A model generated the notes under the pieces. That model was not told the DNA's origin, searched no databases, and saw only the letters and a list, made by a program, of their open reading frames with translations. From Selaginella moellendorffii (taxonomy: Eukaryota; Plantae; Lycopodiophyta): a DNA stretch of 64,000 nt. The stretch spans positions 134,001-198,000 of the forward strand of contig NW_003314358.1 in assembly GCF_000143415.4 (NCBI RefSeq), in the 5' to 3' direction. This document shows, one piece after another, positions 47,770 through 61,189 of the stretch. Made by a program: the position numbers and the translations under genes. The first letter of the stretch is position 1. Every line of letters starts with the position of its first letter.

Positions 47770-50700
47770 ATAGCATCCTTAGGATGCCTGCAGACATGGG
47801 GAATAGCCTTCCCCAATGTCTCCTTTCTGGTCCCTGCCAAGTCCCTTCCTGTCCATGGCCGTGTTCACCAACACTGCCACTGAATCAAGGCCCACAGGCC
47901 CGACCACTAAGTCCAACTGTCCTCTAGGACTTCCTTACTGTGTGACTGTGTCCTTTGTCACCACACTAGAGGGCTACTCCTCTTCCTTTCCATAGTTTGG
48001 GACTTTGGGCCAACATTTTGGAACACCGTGCCCTTACGCAAGCCTTATGGGTACTCTCCCCACCTCTCACCTTTTGGTGCTCTAGCCATGGGCTTAGAGC
48101 GAGGTTTCGTTGAACCACACTAGGTATCCAAGTAGGTAGTGCCACCCACACTTGGACTGGGAGCATCAGCCAGTCGATCTCCCGGGGGAACTAGAGCCGG
48201 CTCTTGAACACTTCACCAAGCTACCCCACTTGTCGGTCCGTGTTCACTCTAGTCTTGGACTTCACAGTGGGCAGCTCATCACCCAACACTGGGTCCGGCC
48301 TTCTTTGGCCAAACTGGCCTTTCCTAGCCAAACTGGCTCCACTGCAGTCCTCCCCCTACTATACTTTTGGAGCTCACCAAACCCCCCAGGGTCTGGGAGA
48401 CGAACGCTTTGGGCTTTCACCCTCTCAGACTCGAACTCGGACTCGGCCTCGGACTCGGACTCGGACTCAGACTCGGACTCGGCCTCGGCCTCGGTCTCGG
48501 TCTCGGTCTCGATCTCGGTCTCGGTCTCAGTCCCGGTCTCGGTCTTGGTCCCGGTCTCGACTTTGGACTCCATCTCGGGTCCATCTCAGACTCCATCTCG
48601 GGTCCATCTCGGGTCCATCTTGGACTCCATCTCGGGTCCCATCTTGGGTCCATCTCGGGTCCATCTCGGACTCCATCTCGGGTCCATCTCGGACTCCATC
48701 TCGGGTCCATCTCGGACTCCATCTCGGACTCCATCTCGGGTCCATCTTGGACTCCATTTCGGACTCCATCTCGGGTCCATCTCGGACTCCATCTCGGACT
48801 CCATCTCAGGTCCATCTCGGGTCCACCTCGGACTCCACCTCGGACTCCATCTCGGGTCCATCTCGGACTCCACTTCGGACTCTAACTCGGGTCCATCTCG
48901 GACACTTCCACGTGTCATGTGTTGGTCCTTTTGGGTCCCTTTTTGGAGCGTCACTTATTGCTCTCTTTGTGCTTGTTCCTCAAGCACTTTGTTGGGAGTT
49001 CCACTCCTGCTCTCGACCTTTCAAGGTGGAGTTTTTAGTCCAAACGTGTTACGCTCGTTTGGCTTTCGCTTTGGCCACTACCACGTGGTGCCTCTCCAGC
49101 TCCACTTTGGGGCCTAGGGATTTTGTGTCTCATAACTCCACCACCCATAGACGAAGTTCGATGTCCTCATCGAACGGTAAACCCTTTCATAAAGTAACAC
49201 CCGCATGTGTTACCATTTCCATCCTTGGCACCTAGCCAATATTTGTCTATGGTTTGACACCAAAGGCTCACCATGCCTTGTCCATCCTCTAAGGAGCATA
49301 GCCCCTCCAACTTAGAGGCTCATTCGACCACTTGTGGTGGTTCTCTCCTTTTATTGGTTTAGTTCTCACTAAACCTGTTAGAGACACCTTCTCTAACTCA
49401 ATCTCACTACTCATTCTCGAGTGGTCTCACTTTCCCTTGATATAACCCTTGCATTTTGGAACTTTTAATTCTGACTTCTTGAAGTCAATTTCCTAGGTGT
49501 CTTCGACACCTTGCATTGCACATATTGTGCAACTCCACTTCCCCTTCTTAGGAAGTCCTCTACTCGAGGGTAACACCATCCTCTTTTCGATTTCGTGCCA
49601 CCTTTGGCACTAAGTTCTGGTTATCATAATTTGTGCTAGGGCTGTCCACGGCCTTATCATTTGGCTACTTTGCCGCTCCCTCACTTGGAGCTTTTACTTC
49701 GCCAAATTGGAGCACTTAGGAATCCATCCTTGGAAGTCCACTTCCTTTCCCACAAGCCGTTAGCATCAAACACATTAGTGTTCCTTGGCTAACTTTGCTA
49801 TTTGGATCCTTTCCATTAAATTCCATGGCCCAAACTTGGCCACTAGTCCTTTGCTCCTATCCTTAATTGTTGCACCCAGCAACATAGGATCGCTACCTCC
49901 ATTTTCGAGGTATCCCTTCGGTTCCATACCAAAGACTCTTCTTTGCCAAGTCCAGAGGATGTTCACTCCTAGTACATCTCTTTAGCATCTTTTGCTATGG
50001 GCTCTATCCACGGCCCAACTTCATGACCCTCCCATGGGTCTTTTATAGAGACTACTTTCCTCAGACTCACTATGCCATCGCATGGACACAGCTTATTTCC
50101 CTTAGGTTCTCTTCCCACTTGATCACTTTGACCAAGCCACACCATCTTAAATAGTTCAAATCAACATTTTGAACCAGGAACTTCCTTCCTTGGCCAACCA
50201 AGGACCTTGTCCTTATTTGGCCATAAGATCACCTAGTGATCTCACCTTAGCACCTTACTAGAGTTGCCAAGAGGTACTTAGTCTTCTAAACCTTCAAGTT
50301 GTTGACCATAACCCCGGGGGCATCCCCCACACTTGGCGGTGCACCCAAGCCAGCCCTTACGGCCAAGGGTTCATAGCAACTGAGATTAGGTGTCCCCATC
50401 TCACTCACCACGTCCTTGGTGCCACTTGCACCAAAGCATTCAAGTTAGATATGCTGAGCTTTCACACTAAGCAATCTAACCGTGCATCACGACTCCGAGG
50501 CATCCCTTGCTTGGCGGTGTGCCCAAACCAGTCTCCCCACTGAGAGTCCATGACCACCGAAATATGAGTGTCCTCATATTCCAAACCATCACCACGCCCT
50601 AGTGATTTGGGACTTGAACCCAAGCACTAGAGGGTCGGGACTCGAACCCAACCTCCGTATGTGCATCTACGGATGGCATCACACCGGATGCCTGGCGTGA

Positions 50701-53700
50701 CTCCCCACGCCGGTGCACCAACTTATACTTAAAGCGCACTACAAATCACAGCTTAGGAACTCAGTTCCTTCGCACTGCCAAGTCCTCTTTTGACATGTAT
50801 GGACTCCTCCATGCTCGGCCTCCTAGGCTCCCCTTTGAAGTTGGCTCCTTCAACTAGGGTATTCGTTCCCTCGGCTTGCCAATCTCACTTACCAAGTCAT
50901 TCGGCCACCGTAACATGGTTCATGCATAAGCGTGAAAGTCCTTAACCATCGACTTTCGTTCAAAGCCCTCTCTTTGAACGCTCGGGAACTATTCCCCAAT
51001 CTTGATAGCCTCACCTCATGGCAAGCTTCAAGACCACGCTTCTGTTACGCCACTCTGATTTCGCGTGTTTTATGAACCATTTACACTTGGCTGACTTGGT
51101 ACTTATCTACCTAGGGGAACGTTCAAGGAACTCTGTTCCTTAGCTTGCTAAAGCCTCTCCTTTCACAAGCTTTCGAATTACCATATAGTCTAACATGGAT
51201 AATCCCATGCTTTAGACTCTCCATGGCATCCCGGTCGTTAGTAACGACATGCTTGAGCACCCACTTGATTCTCCACTCCCAACTTGCATAACCACCCTTG
51301 GTCATGCTTGTCAATTCTTATGGTTCGGTTCTATCCCTTTATTACTTGCCTTTTGGCCTCACACATTTCCTTTAGTCATTCTCCTCCAAACTAGGAAGAT
51401 AACTTTGCACTTTCTACCATGCCTTGGCAAGTATTCATAGGGATGAACCTACCCGACAGCCTAGGGAGTGGTCCCTAAATCCAGGTTTGCTCACCTCGTA
51501 ATCCCACACACTGGGATTACCGTTGCTACTTATGGGCCTTTATATGCCCATCACTAGCCTTGCCAAAATCCCTTTTTGGCTTTGTCCTATTCAGGTAGAC
51601 GGACTTCCCCCGTCTCTGCAACCTTGGACATTTGGATAGCACCTCCTATCCATCATTCACTAGGGACTTTGTCCCTTGGGCCTTATTCGTGCCCTCATGG
51701 CACCAAACACCATCTCCTGGTGTTCCAGAGTGCTTCGGTGTCCCAATGATGGCTTCTTTGACAATGAGCATTCCCTTTACAACATTGACTTACTATATCA
51801 CAATATAAGCAATTTCTCCCTCATAAGGGTATATCTAACTTCTTTATCCTAATAAGATTATGACTCCTTTATTGTTTTGGAGTCTCTATCTTTCCCGTGA
51901 TCCCAACTATAGTTGTTTACCACAACTACCTTAGTCAATTTGATGAGCCAAATGCTCATCTGGATCACATCCTCAACTCAATGAGGAAAACCTTGCACTA
52001 TTCCCAAGATCCCAAAGTCGTTCCATTATTGGCCCTTTTCTATCCACCACCTTGTTTACAAGTTCACACGTGAACTGTAATGGAGAGCTATGTCTTCCCG
52101 ACTTGCTACTCCGGAAGGATACGCCCACTCCTCGGACCTTCCGATGCCAACACAAGTGATGATATACTTGAGCACCCATAAAAGTCGGACTAAGGAACAG
52201 CTCCGATACCAAATTGTAAGCGACTAATTTTTCCATTCTACTTTAGTCACTTAACCACACTTCTGACCACTTGGAGGAGTCTCATTCACAACCTCCATAA
52301 GTCCCATTCAAAACTTGTGGCTTGTTAGCCCTGCGAATGGCATCCACACCACTCAACTTTTGCACTTGGCCCAAGTGCTCCACGTGTCCGATCCCATGAC
52401 CGACACCCCAAGGTACCACTGACATACCAGCCCGTTACGCTAGGCCATGCCCAATCACCTTAGTCACATCGGTGGTTCAACTCCACCTGCATTACAATCC
52501 CGTCTCTCAAAGACTAGGCCATCCATCCATGAGTGGCTATCCCAGATCCACTCCATAGCATCCTTAAGATGCCTGCAGACATGGGGAATAGCCTTCCCCA
52601 ATGTCTCCTTTCTGGTCCCCGCCAAGTCCCTTCCTATCCATGGCCGTGTTCACCAACACTGCCACTGAATCAAGGCCCACAGGCCCAACCACTAAGTCCA
52701 ACTGTCCTCTAGGACTTCCTTACTATGTGACTGTATCCCTTGTCACCACACTAGAGGGTTACTCCTCTTCCTTTCCACAATCTGGGACTTTGGGCCAACA
52801 TTTTGGAACACCGTGGCCTTACGCAAGCCTTATGGGTACTCTCCCCACCTCTCACCTTTTGGTGCTCTAGCCATGGGCTTAGAGCGAGGTTCTGTTGAGC
52901 CACACTAGGTATCCAAGTAGGTAGTGCCACCCACACTTGGACTGGGAGCATCAGCCAGTCAATCTCCCGGGGGAACTAGAGCCGGCTCTTGAACACTTCA
53001 CCAAGCTACCCCGCTTGTCGGTCCGTGTTCACTCTAGTCTTGGACTTCACAGTGGGCAGCTCATCACCCAACACCGGGTCCGGCCTTCTTGGGCCAAATT
53101 GGCCTTTCCTGGCCAAACTGGCTCCACTGCAGTCCTCCCCCTACTATACTTTTGGAGCTCACCAAACCCCCCAGGGTCTACGAGACGAACGCTTTGGGCT
53201 TTCACCCTCTCAGACTCGAACTCGGACTCGGCCTCGGACTCGGACTGGGACTCGGACTCGGACTCGGACTCGGCCTCGGTCTCGGTCTCGGTCCCGATCT
53301 CGGTCTCGGTCTCGGTCCCGGTCTCGGTCTTGGTCCCGGTCTCGACTTCGGACTCCATCTCGGGTCCATCTCAGACTCCATCTCGGGTCCATCTCGGGTC
53401 CATCTCGGACTCCATCTCGGGTCCATCTCAGGTCCCATCTCGGGTCCATCTCGGGTCCATCTCGGACTCCATCTCGGGTCCCATCTTGGGTCCATCTCGG
53501 GTTCATCTCGGACTCCATCTCGGACTCCATCTCGGGTCCATCTCGGACTCCATCTCAGACTCCATCTCGGGTCCATCTCGGACTCCATCTCGGACTCCAT
53601 CTCAGGTCCATCTCGGGTCCACCTCGGACTCCACCTCGGACTCCATCTAGGGTCCATCTCGGACTCCACTTCGGACTTCAACTTGGGTCCATCTCGGACA

Positions 53701-56700
53701 CTTCCACGTGTTATGTGTTGGTCCTTTTGGGTCCCTTTTTGGAGCGTCGCTTATTGCTCTCTTTGTGCTTGTTCCTCGAGCACTTTGTTAGGAGTTCCAC
53801 TCCCGCTCTCGACCTTTCAAGGCGGAGCTTTTAGTCCAAACGTGTTACGCTCGTTTGGCTTTCGCTTCGGCCACTACCACGTGGCGCCCCTCCAGCTCCA
53901 CTTTGGGGCCTAGGGATTTTGTGTCTTACACTTAGTTGCCTCATACTTGTCGAGTCCTACAACTCATTGCTAGTGCTTCCACACCTCCATCATTATCAGG
54001 GTCACCATACTCTAACTGCATGCCTTCTAGCTTAGGCTATGCCATTCCCATTTCCATTGGGATTCCTTTGGACGGGGTTCTCATGAACCCGCCAACTTGA
54101 CCTCAAAGCAGCACACCTTGGCACCTTCGGTGTCTCCACACCATCGGCTCCACGAGCCTACCTTTATGACACTTCTTACTTGTGTCTAGGTCTTTTTGCC
54201 AAGACTAATATGGTTGTCTCTTATGCCAATTATCCATTAGCACTACACCATAGAGTTTATGCACAACTTTGTGTCAAAGTTGTTTTCTTTCGGGAAACTC
54301 TTTCCCACGACTTTAGCATGGCACTTTTTGCCATCAATGAGATACCTACTGTTCTCATACTTGGATCTTAAAATCCTCCCTATCCTTCATGGGGCACCAC
54401 ACACCTCAGTCTAAATGCTTTTTACCAATCCTTCAGAATCATCCCTTGACTCTACTCGAGTCATCTATCATTTTCGGACTTTGCCAATCCAATGACCCAT
54501 AAGGTCCTATTTTTGAGGTGCCAGCACATTGGAATACAACTTCGTGTATTCATGTCCTACTGATAAGGACCATCTTTGCAAGTGTCAATTTAACACTTTA
54601 TTATTTTCCATTCTCTGTGGGCTACCTTTGCCCCTTAGAACTACCCGTCCATATGATGAGAATACGGACTCCTCCTTTAAGTACACCCCCAATTCCTTGG
54701 GTTGTTCCAGCATTTATTAAAGGTAGCCCCGGCTACCATTTCAAGGACTTGTGTCCTCTTCCGTATTCGACTTCCCACAATCATTAATTCCAGTCTCAAA
54801 CTTATGAACACCACATCCGGATCACATCCTCAATTCTCTAAGGAAACCCTTATACTATTCCTAAGATCCCAAAGTCGTTCCCTTATTGGCCCTTTTCCAT
54901 CCACCACATTGCGCACAAGTTCACGCATGAACTCAAGTGGGGAGCCATGTCCTCTCGCCATGCTACTCCTCACAGATAGGTCCATACCTAGGACCTTCCT
55001 ATTCCAATACAAGTGGTGATATACTTGGCCACCAATAAGAGTCGGACTAAGGAACAGCTCTGATACCAAGTTGTAAGCGACTAATTTTTTCCATTTTACT
55101 TTAGTCACTTAACCGCACCTCCGACCACTTGGAGGAGTCTCATTCACAACTTCCATAAGTCCCAGTTAGGATTTGGGGCTTGCTAGCCTCGAGAATGGCA
55201 TCCATGCCACCCCACCTTTGCACTTGGTCCAAGTGCTCCACGTGTCCAATCCCATAACCGGCACTCCAAGGTACCACCAACATATCGGCCTGTTACGCTA
55301 AGGCCATGCCCATTCACCTTGGTCACACCAGTGGTCTAACACCACCTGCATCATAGTCCCGTCCCTCAAAGACTGGGCCATCTGTCCGTGAGTGATCATC
55401 CCAGATCTACTCCTTAGCGTCCTTAGAATGCCTACAGGCATGGGGAATAGCCTTCCCCGACAACTCTTTTCTAGTCCCCACCAAGTCTCTTTTTGTCCAT
55501 GGCCGTGTTCGCCAACACTGCCACTAGATCAAGGCCTGCAAGCCCGACCTCTAAGTCCCACTAGCCTTTGGGACTTCCTCACCATGTGACCATATCTTTG
55601 GTCACTGCACTAGAGGATTGCTCCTCTTCCCTTTCACCATTTGGGACTTTGGGACAACATTTCGGAACACCGTGGCCTTACGCCAGCCTCATGGGTATTC
55701 TCCCCGCCTTTCGCCTTTAGGTGCTCTAGCCATGGGCTTAGAGCGAGGTTCCGTTGAGCCACACTAGGTATCCAAGTAGGTAGTGCCACCCACACTTGGA
55801 CTGGGAGCATCGGCCAGTCGATCTCCCGGGGGAACTAGAGCCGGCTCTTGAACACTTCACCAAGCTACCCCGCTTGTCGGTCCGCGTTCACTCTAGTCTT
55901 AGACTTCACAGTGGGCAGCTCATCACCCAACACTGGGTCTGGCCTTCTTGGGCCAAACTGGCCTTTCCTGGCCAAACTGGCTCCACTGCAGTCCTCCCCC
56001 TACTATACTTTTGGAGCTCACCAAACCCCCTAGGGTCTGCGAGACGAACGCTTTGGGCTTTCAGCCTCTCAGACTCGAACTCGGACTCGGACTCGGACTC
56101 GAACTCGGACACGGACTCGGACTCGGACTCAGACTCGGCCTCGGCCTCGGCCTCGGTCTCGAAATCGGCCTCGGTCTTGGTCTCGGTCCTGATCTCGATC
56201 TCGGTCTCGGTCTCGACTTCGGACTCCATCTCGGGTCCATCTCGGACTCCATCTCGGGTCCATCTCGGACTCCATCTCAGGTCCATCTCGGACTCCACCT
56301 CGGGTCCATCTCAGACTCCACCTCGGGTCCATCTCGGACTTCATCTCGGACTCCATCTTGTGTCCATCTCGGACTCCATCTCGGGTCCATCTCGGACTCC
56401 ATCTCGGGTCCATTTCGGGTCCACCTCAGACTCCATCTCGGGGTCCTTCTCGGACACTTCCACGTGTCATGTGTTGGTCCTTTTGGGTCCCTTTTTGGAG
56501 CCTCGCTTATTGCTCGCTTTGTGCTCATTCCTCGAGCACTTCGTTGGGAGTTCCACTCCCACTCTCGACCTTTTCAAGTCAGAGCTTTTAGTCCAAACGT
56601 GTTACGCTCGTTTGGCTTTCGCTTCAGCCACTACCATGTGGCACCCTTTTGGCTCCACTTTGGGGCCTAGGGATTTTGTGTCTCACAGTTGAGAAACTAT

Positions 56701-58969
56701 GCTCCTTAAAGGATGGACAAGGCATGGTGAGCCTTCAGTGTCAAACTATTGACGAATATTGGTTAGGTGCCAAGGATGGAAAGGGTAATACATACTAGTA
56801 TTACTTTATAAAATAATTTATCGTTTGATAAGGACATCGAACTTTGTTTATGGGTGGTGAAGTTGTGAGACACAAATCCCTAAGCCCCAAAGTGGAGCCA
56901 AAAGGGTGCCACATGGTAGTGGCCGAAGCGAGAGCCAAACGAGCGTAACACGTTTGGACTAAAATCTCTGACTTGAAAGGTCAAGAGCGGGAGTGGAACT
57001 CCCAATGAAGGGCTTGAGGAACAAGCATGAAGTGAGCAATAAGTGGGTCTTTAGAAAAGGGACATAAGAGGACTAACATATGACATGTGAAGGAGTCTGA
57101 GATGGACCCAAGATGGACTCGAGATGGGGTCCACGGTGGACTCAAGATGGAGTCCAAGATGGACCCGAGATGGATTCGAGATGAAGTCCGAGATGGATCC
57201 AAGATGGACCCGAGATGGACCCGAGATGGAGTTTGAGATGGAGTCTAAGATGGAGTCTGAGATGGAGTTCGAGATGGAGTCTAAGATGGACCAGAGATGG
57301 AACCAAGACCGAGTCAAAGTCCGAAACCGAGATTGAGACTGAGATTGAGTCTGAGCCCAAGTCCGAGTTCGAGTCCGAATACTAATATAGGCTGTTGGGT
57401 GAAAGCCCAAAGCGATCGTCCCCGGGGGGGGGGCTGTAGAGGGTTGGACCCCAATGGAGCCAGTTTGGCAAGGAAAGGTCAGTTTGGCCCAGAAAGGCTG
57501 TACTTAGGTGTTGGGTGATGGGATAACCACTGGGAAGTCCAAGGCTAGAGTGAAAATAGATTAACAAGTGGGGTAACTTGATGAAGTGTTCAAAAGCTAG
57601 CTCTAGTTCCCTCGGGAGATCGAATGGTCAATGCTCCTAGTCCAAGTGTGGGTGGCACTACCTACTTGGATACCTAGTGTGGCTTAACGGAACCTCATTT
57701 TAAGCCCATGGTTAAAGCACCCAAAAGTGGAAGGTGGGGAGAGTACCCACGAGGCTCGCGTAGGGCCACGGTGTTCTGAAATGTTGTCTCAAAGTCCCAG
57801 ACTATGAAAAGGAAGAGGAGCAGTCCTCTGGTGTAATGATCAAGGATATGGTCATATGGTGAGGAAGTCCTAGAAGACCATGGGACTTAGAGGTCAGGCC
57901 TATGGGCCTTGATTTGGTAGTGTTGGCAATCACGGCCATGGACAGAAAGGGAATTGGTGGGGACTGGAAAAGGGATATTGGGGAAGGCTATTCCCCATGT
58001 TTGCGGGCATTCTAAGAATGTTAAGAAGTGGATCTAGGATGATCACTCATGGATAGATGACTCAGTCTTTGAGAGATAGGATTGTGATGTAGGTGGTGTT
58101 AAACCACCGGTGTGACCAAGGTGAAGGGGCATGGCCTTAGTGTAACGGACTGATATGTCAGTGGTAACTTGGGGTGTCGATCATGGGATTAAACACGTGG
58201 ACCACTTGAACCAAGTGCAAAAGTTGAGTGGCATGGATGCCATTATCGAGGATAGCAAGCCCCAAATCCAGAATAGGATTTATGGAGGTTGTGAGTGAGA
58301 CTTCTCCAAGTAGTCGGAGGGAGGGGCGTGGCACGATTGACGATATGGTGGTGTCCCTCCTCCGCCTAAGCATATCATGAGTGATGAGGTAGACCCTAAC
58401 TGGCGGCAGCACGGCTTTCGATCGGTTAAATGACTAAAGTAGAATGAAAAAATTAGTCACTTACAATGGTAAAGAAGTCCCAAAGGTTAGTAGGACTTGG
58501 TGGTCGGGCCTTTGGGCTGATAGTGTTGGTGAGCACGACTGTAGATGAAAAGAGACTTGGTGGGGATTGAATAAGGGACATTGAGGAAGGGTGTTCCCCA
58601 TGTCTCTTAGCACCCTAAGGGTGTTAAGGTGTAGTCAAAAGATGACCACTCATGGATGGGTGACCTAGTATTTGAGAAATGGGACTGTGATGCAAGTGGT
58701 CTTGGACCATCGATGTAACAAAGGTGAAGGGGTATGGCCTAAGCATAACTAGCTGATATGTTGGTGGTACCTTTAGGTGTTGATAATAGGATCGGACATA
58801 TGGAGCACTTGGTCCAAATGCAAAAGCTAAGTGGCATAGATGCCATTTACAAGGCTCTTATCTCCCAAAATCGGGAATAGGATTTATGGATGTTGTGAGT
58901 GAGACTCCTCCAAATGGATAAATATGTGGTTAAGTGACTAAAGTAGAATGGAAAAATTAATCACTTACA

Positions 58970-59483
58970 CAAAGATACAATCGTGTGGCAAAGAAGTCCT
59001 AGAGGCCAATAAGATTTAGCAGTTGGGTCTTTGGGCCCTTACCTAGTAGCAGTGTTGGCAAGCACTATCGGGACAAAAAGGGATTTAGTGGGGACCAAAA
59101 AAAGGATATTAAGAAAGGGTGTTCTCTTTGTCTCCAGACATTCTAATGATGCTAAGGTGTGGTCCTGGGATGATCATTTATCCTAATCTTTAGGAGATGG
59201 GATTATGGTGTAAGTAGTCTTGGACTGCTAGTGTGGCAAAGGTGAATGGATGTGGCTTTGGCATAACAAGTTAATATGTTAGTAATACTTTTGGGTGTCT
59301 GTCATGGGATCGAACATGGGGAGCACTTGGACCAAATGCAAAGGCAAACGGGTGTAAAGGCCATTCATGGGGCTAGCAAGTCCCTAAATCGGAAATAGGA
59401 TTTATAGAAATTGTGAGTTTCCTCCAAGCGGTCAACAGTATAATTAAGTGACTAAGGTATAATGGAAAATTTAGTTACTTACA
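58970..59483 (+). mobile_element. Oldest LTR remnant (copy A) of the same family
   Basis: Degenerate 3' third of the LTR ending TTAGTTACTTACA at 59483. Confidence 0.75.
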
Positions 59484-59766
59484 CCTACCACTTAGGTTGA
59501 GCCCAACCAAACCAAACTACACCACCAAATGTTAATCTCAATATATGATGTGATTCCTCTCGTCAACCAATAAAGTCTTACTTTGATATTAAATATAAAC
59601 TCCTAAATTTGGACTTTTGGGGAGGTCATCCAATCCTAAGTATCCAAAATTCTTAACTAATTAAAAAAAGGGGTGCACTCTTGTTTATAAACATTTTCCC
59701 TTTATATTTAAATTCTTATGAATTATTTCTTGAGTTGTTTATTTATTTTTTTTCATATTACTTACA
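59484..59766 (-). mobile_element. Decayed partial Cassandra-type TRIM (internal piece, PBS remnant and one LTR at 59594-59766)
   Basis: CTTTGATATTAAA TATAAACTCCTAAATTTGGACTTTTGGGGAGGTCATCCAA...AAGGGGTGCACTCTTGTT...CTTACA aligns with 47562-47769, mostly by C-to-T/G-to-A changes. Confidence 0.8.
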
Positions 59767-60381
59767 ATATGATAATGGAGTAAGGTTGAATAAATATGGT
59801 AAAATGAGTATAAGTGCAATGAGTCCAAGTGTAGTTGGTGTTTTAAAAAAATAAATTCCTTTGCTAAAAGGATAAAAAGGATGTGGAGGATGAATAAAGT
59901 GATTCCAACTTCCTATATGTGGTGGGATAAAATTCATAAATCCAAGTTAACATAGTTTTTGGATATTGATTGAAAGGAAGATGCAAAAATAATTTTTTTT
60001 AATAATGTTGAGTTCAAGTTAACAGTGGTTTCAGAAAATGACTAATGAGCAAACTTAGAGATAAGATATAACAATTATTTCAATGGTGTTTTGTGGATTG
60101 CAATGGTTCTCAAAAGTCCCTTACTTTACTAAATTTGAGGTTTATTCAAGTACTTAATAGTTGTACATGGAGTTGTAATTGGTTTATTGAAATTCTGTAA
60201 TTGACTAATGCTTATGCCATAGTTTTAGGTTTTGTTTCTATTAGGAATGTTCATAAATATATTGGTGGTTTTATGGAAATTTTGAGTTCTTGTGGTAGTT
60301 TATAATTGCATAGCAAACACTCTAAATGTTCTACTTGACTTATCATCATCAACTTTCCATCTAAGAGGATAGTGTAAAGTT

Positions 60382-60386
<5 letters not shown>

Positions 60387-60414
<28 letters not shown>
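60387..60414. repeat. (TA)n microsatellite
   Basis: About 14 AT units. Confidence 0.95.
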
Positions 60415-60418
<4 letters not shown>

Positions 60419-61189
60419 TAACTATATACTATATGGATTGTCTAGTTGGGATATAATGCTGACCATAGTATATATAACTTAATCTACTTTGACATATTCA
60501 GCTCTTTACAAAGTAAAAGACTCTGGAAGTAAATATAAAATTGTATAATTGACTTAGACAACCTTTGAAAAAGATGATACATTTGTTAGAAGGCATCATT
60601 ATAGTTATTACATGTCTAAATGGACACTTGAAGACAATTAGGAGAAAGCTCTAATTCACATAAGTGGTTATACTCAAACCATTCTACCATTATAATGTCA
60701 TCCCTTAGAGATATAGAGGAAACTTGTGTAAACATTAGACATCATTCAAGCTCTATTTCGTTAAAGTGGGAATTGTCATTATCCCACTTGTAAAATAAGG
60801 TTTCCAAACCTTTATATAGTATATAAATATAACAAAATTCAACTGCATTGAGGCACATGCCATTTTATTTTAAACAAGGAAATGTCTACTCAATCACTTC
60901 TCCTCCCCCTGCCACTGCTTCACCTCTCTCTTCTCCTTGTCATCGTCATCCAATTTCTTTCCATCCTTTTAATATTGGCTCAGTTGCTCCGAGTCTAAGT
61001 GGAGCCCAAGTCCCCATTCAATCTTTACTTTCCCCTTATTAATAAAAAAACTTTGCAGACTTCCAATAACATGCTGTAACACTTCTAGTATAATGCAAAT
61101 CCTCTCAAAGAATTGTCTTTTAATATTAATACAATGGCATGGAACCCCATGCCATAATAAGTTACATTTTTAAATAAATACATGCCATC

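Larger units (their letters stand above)
45199..53930 (-). mobile_element. LTR element copy E inserted into D: 5' LTR 52215-53930, PBS 52200-52211, 3' LTR 45199-49134; TSD CTTAG
   Basis: CTTAG at 45194-45198 and 53931-53935; PBS TGGTATCGGAGC on -; PPT adjoining 49134; internal deletion of over 1 kb near 51860. Confidence 0.88.
40766..56687 (-). mobile_element. LTR element copy D inserted into C: 5' LTR 55072-56687, PBS ~55057-55068, 3' LTR from 40766; TSD GTTGA; internal inversion ~42244-43955
   Basis: GTTGA at 40761-40765 and 56688-56692; PBS TGGTATCAGAGC on -; the C internal sequence is continuous across the insertion. Confidence 0.88.
34361..58465 (+). mobile_element. LTR element copy C: 5' LTR 34361-35754, PBS 35758, 3' LTR 56864-58465; TSD ATGGT
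   Basis: TG...CA termini; PBS TGGTATTGGAGC (iMet-like); PPT before 56864; ATGGT at 34356-34360 and 58466-58470. Internal region ~4 kb without a recognisable gag/pol ORF. Confidence 0.88.
31130..58969 (+). mobile_element. LTR element copy B (5'-truncated): internal 31130-33400, PPT, 3' LTR 33401-34360 plus 58471-58969, split by copy C
   Basis: PPT GGGTGGTGGAGT, then TGTGAGAC at 33401; the LTR resumes after the ATGGT TSD and ends ...CACTTACA at 58969; heavily C-to-T/G-to-A decayed. Confidence 0.8.

Noticed and set aside
33496-57410. Many long ORFs with SPRW/MESE/GLHL/DSIS repeats
   Set aside because: They are translations of the stop-poor 6/11/12-mer LTR arrays, open in most frames on both strands and different in every copy.
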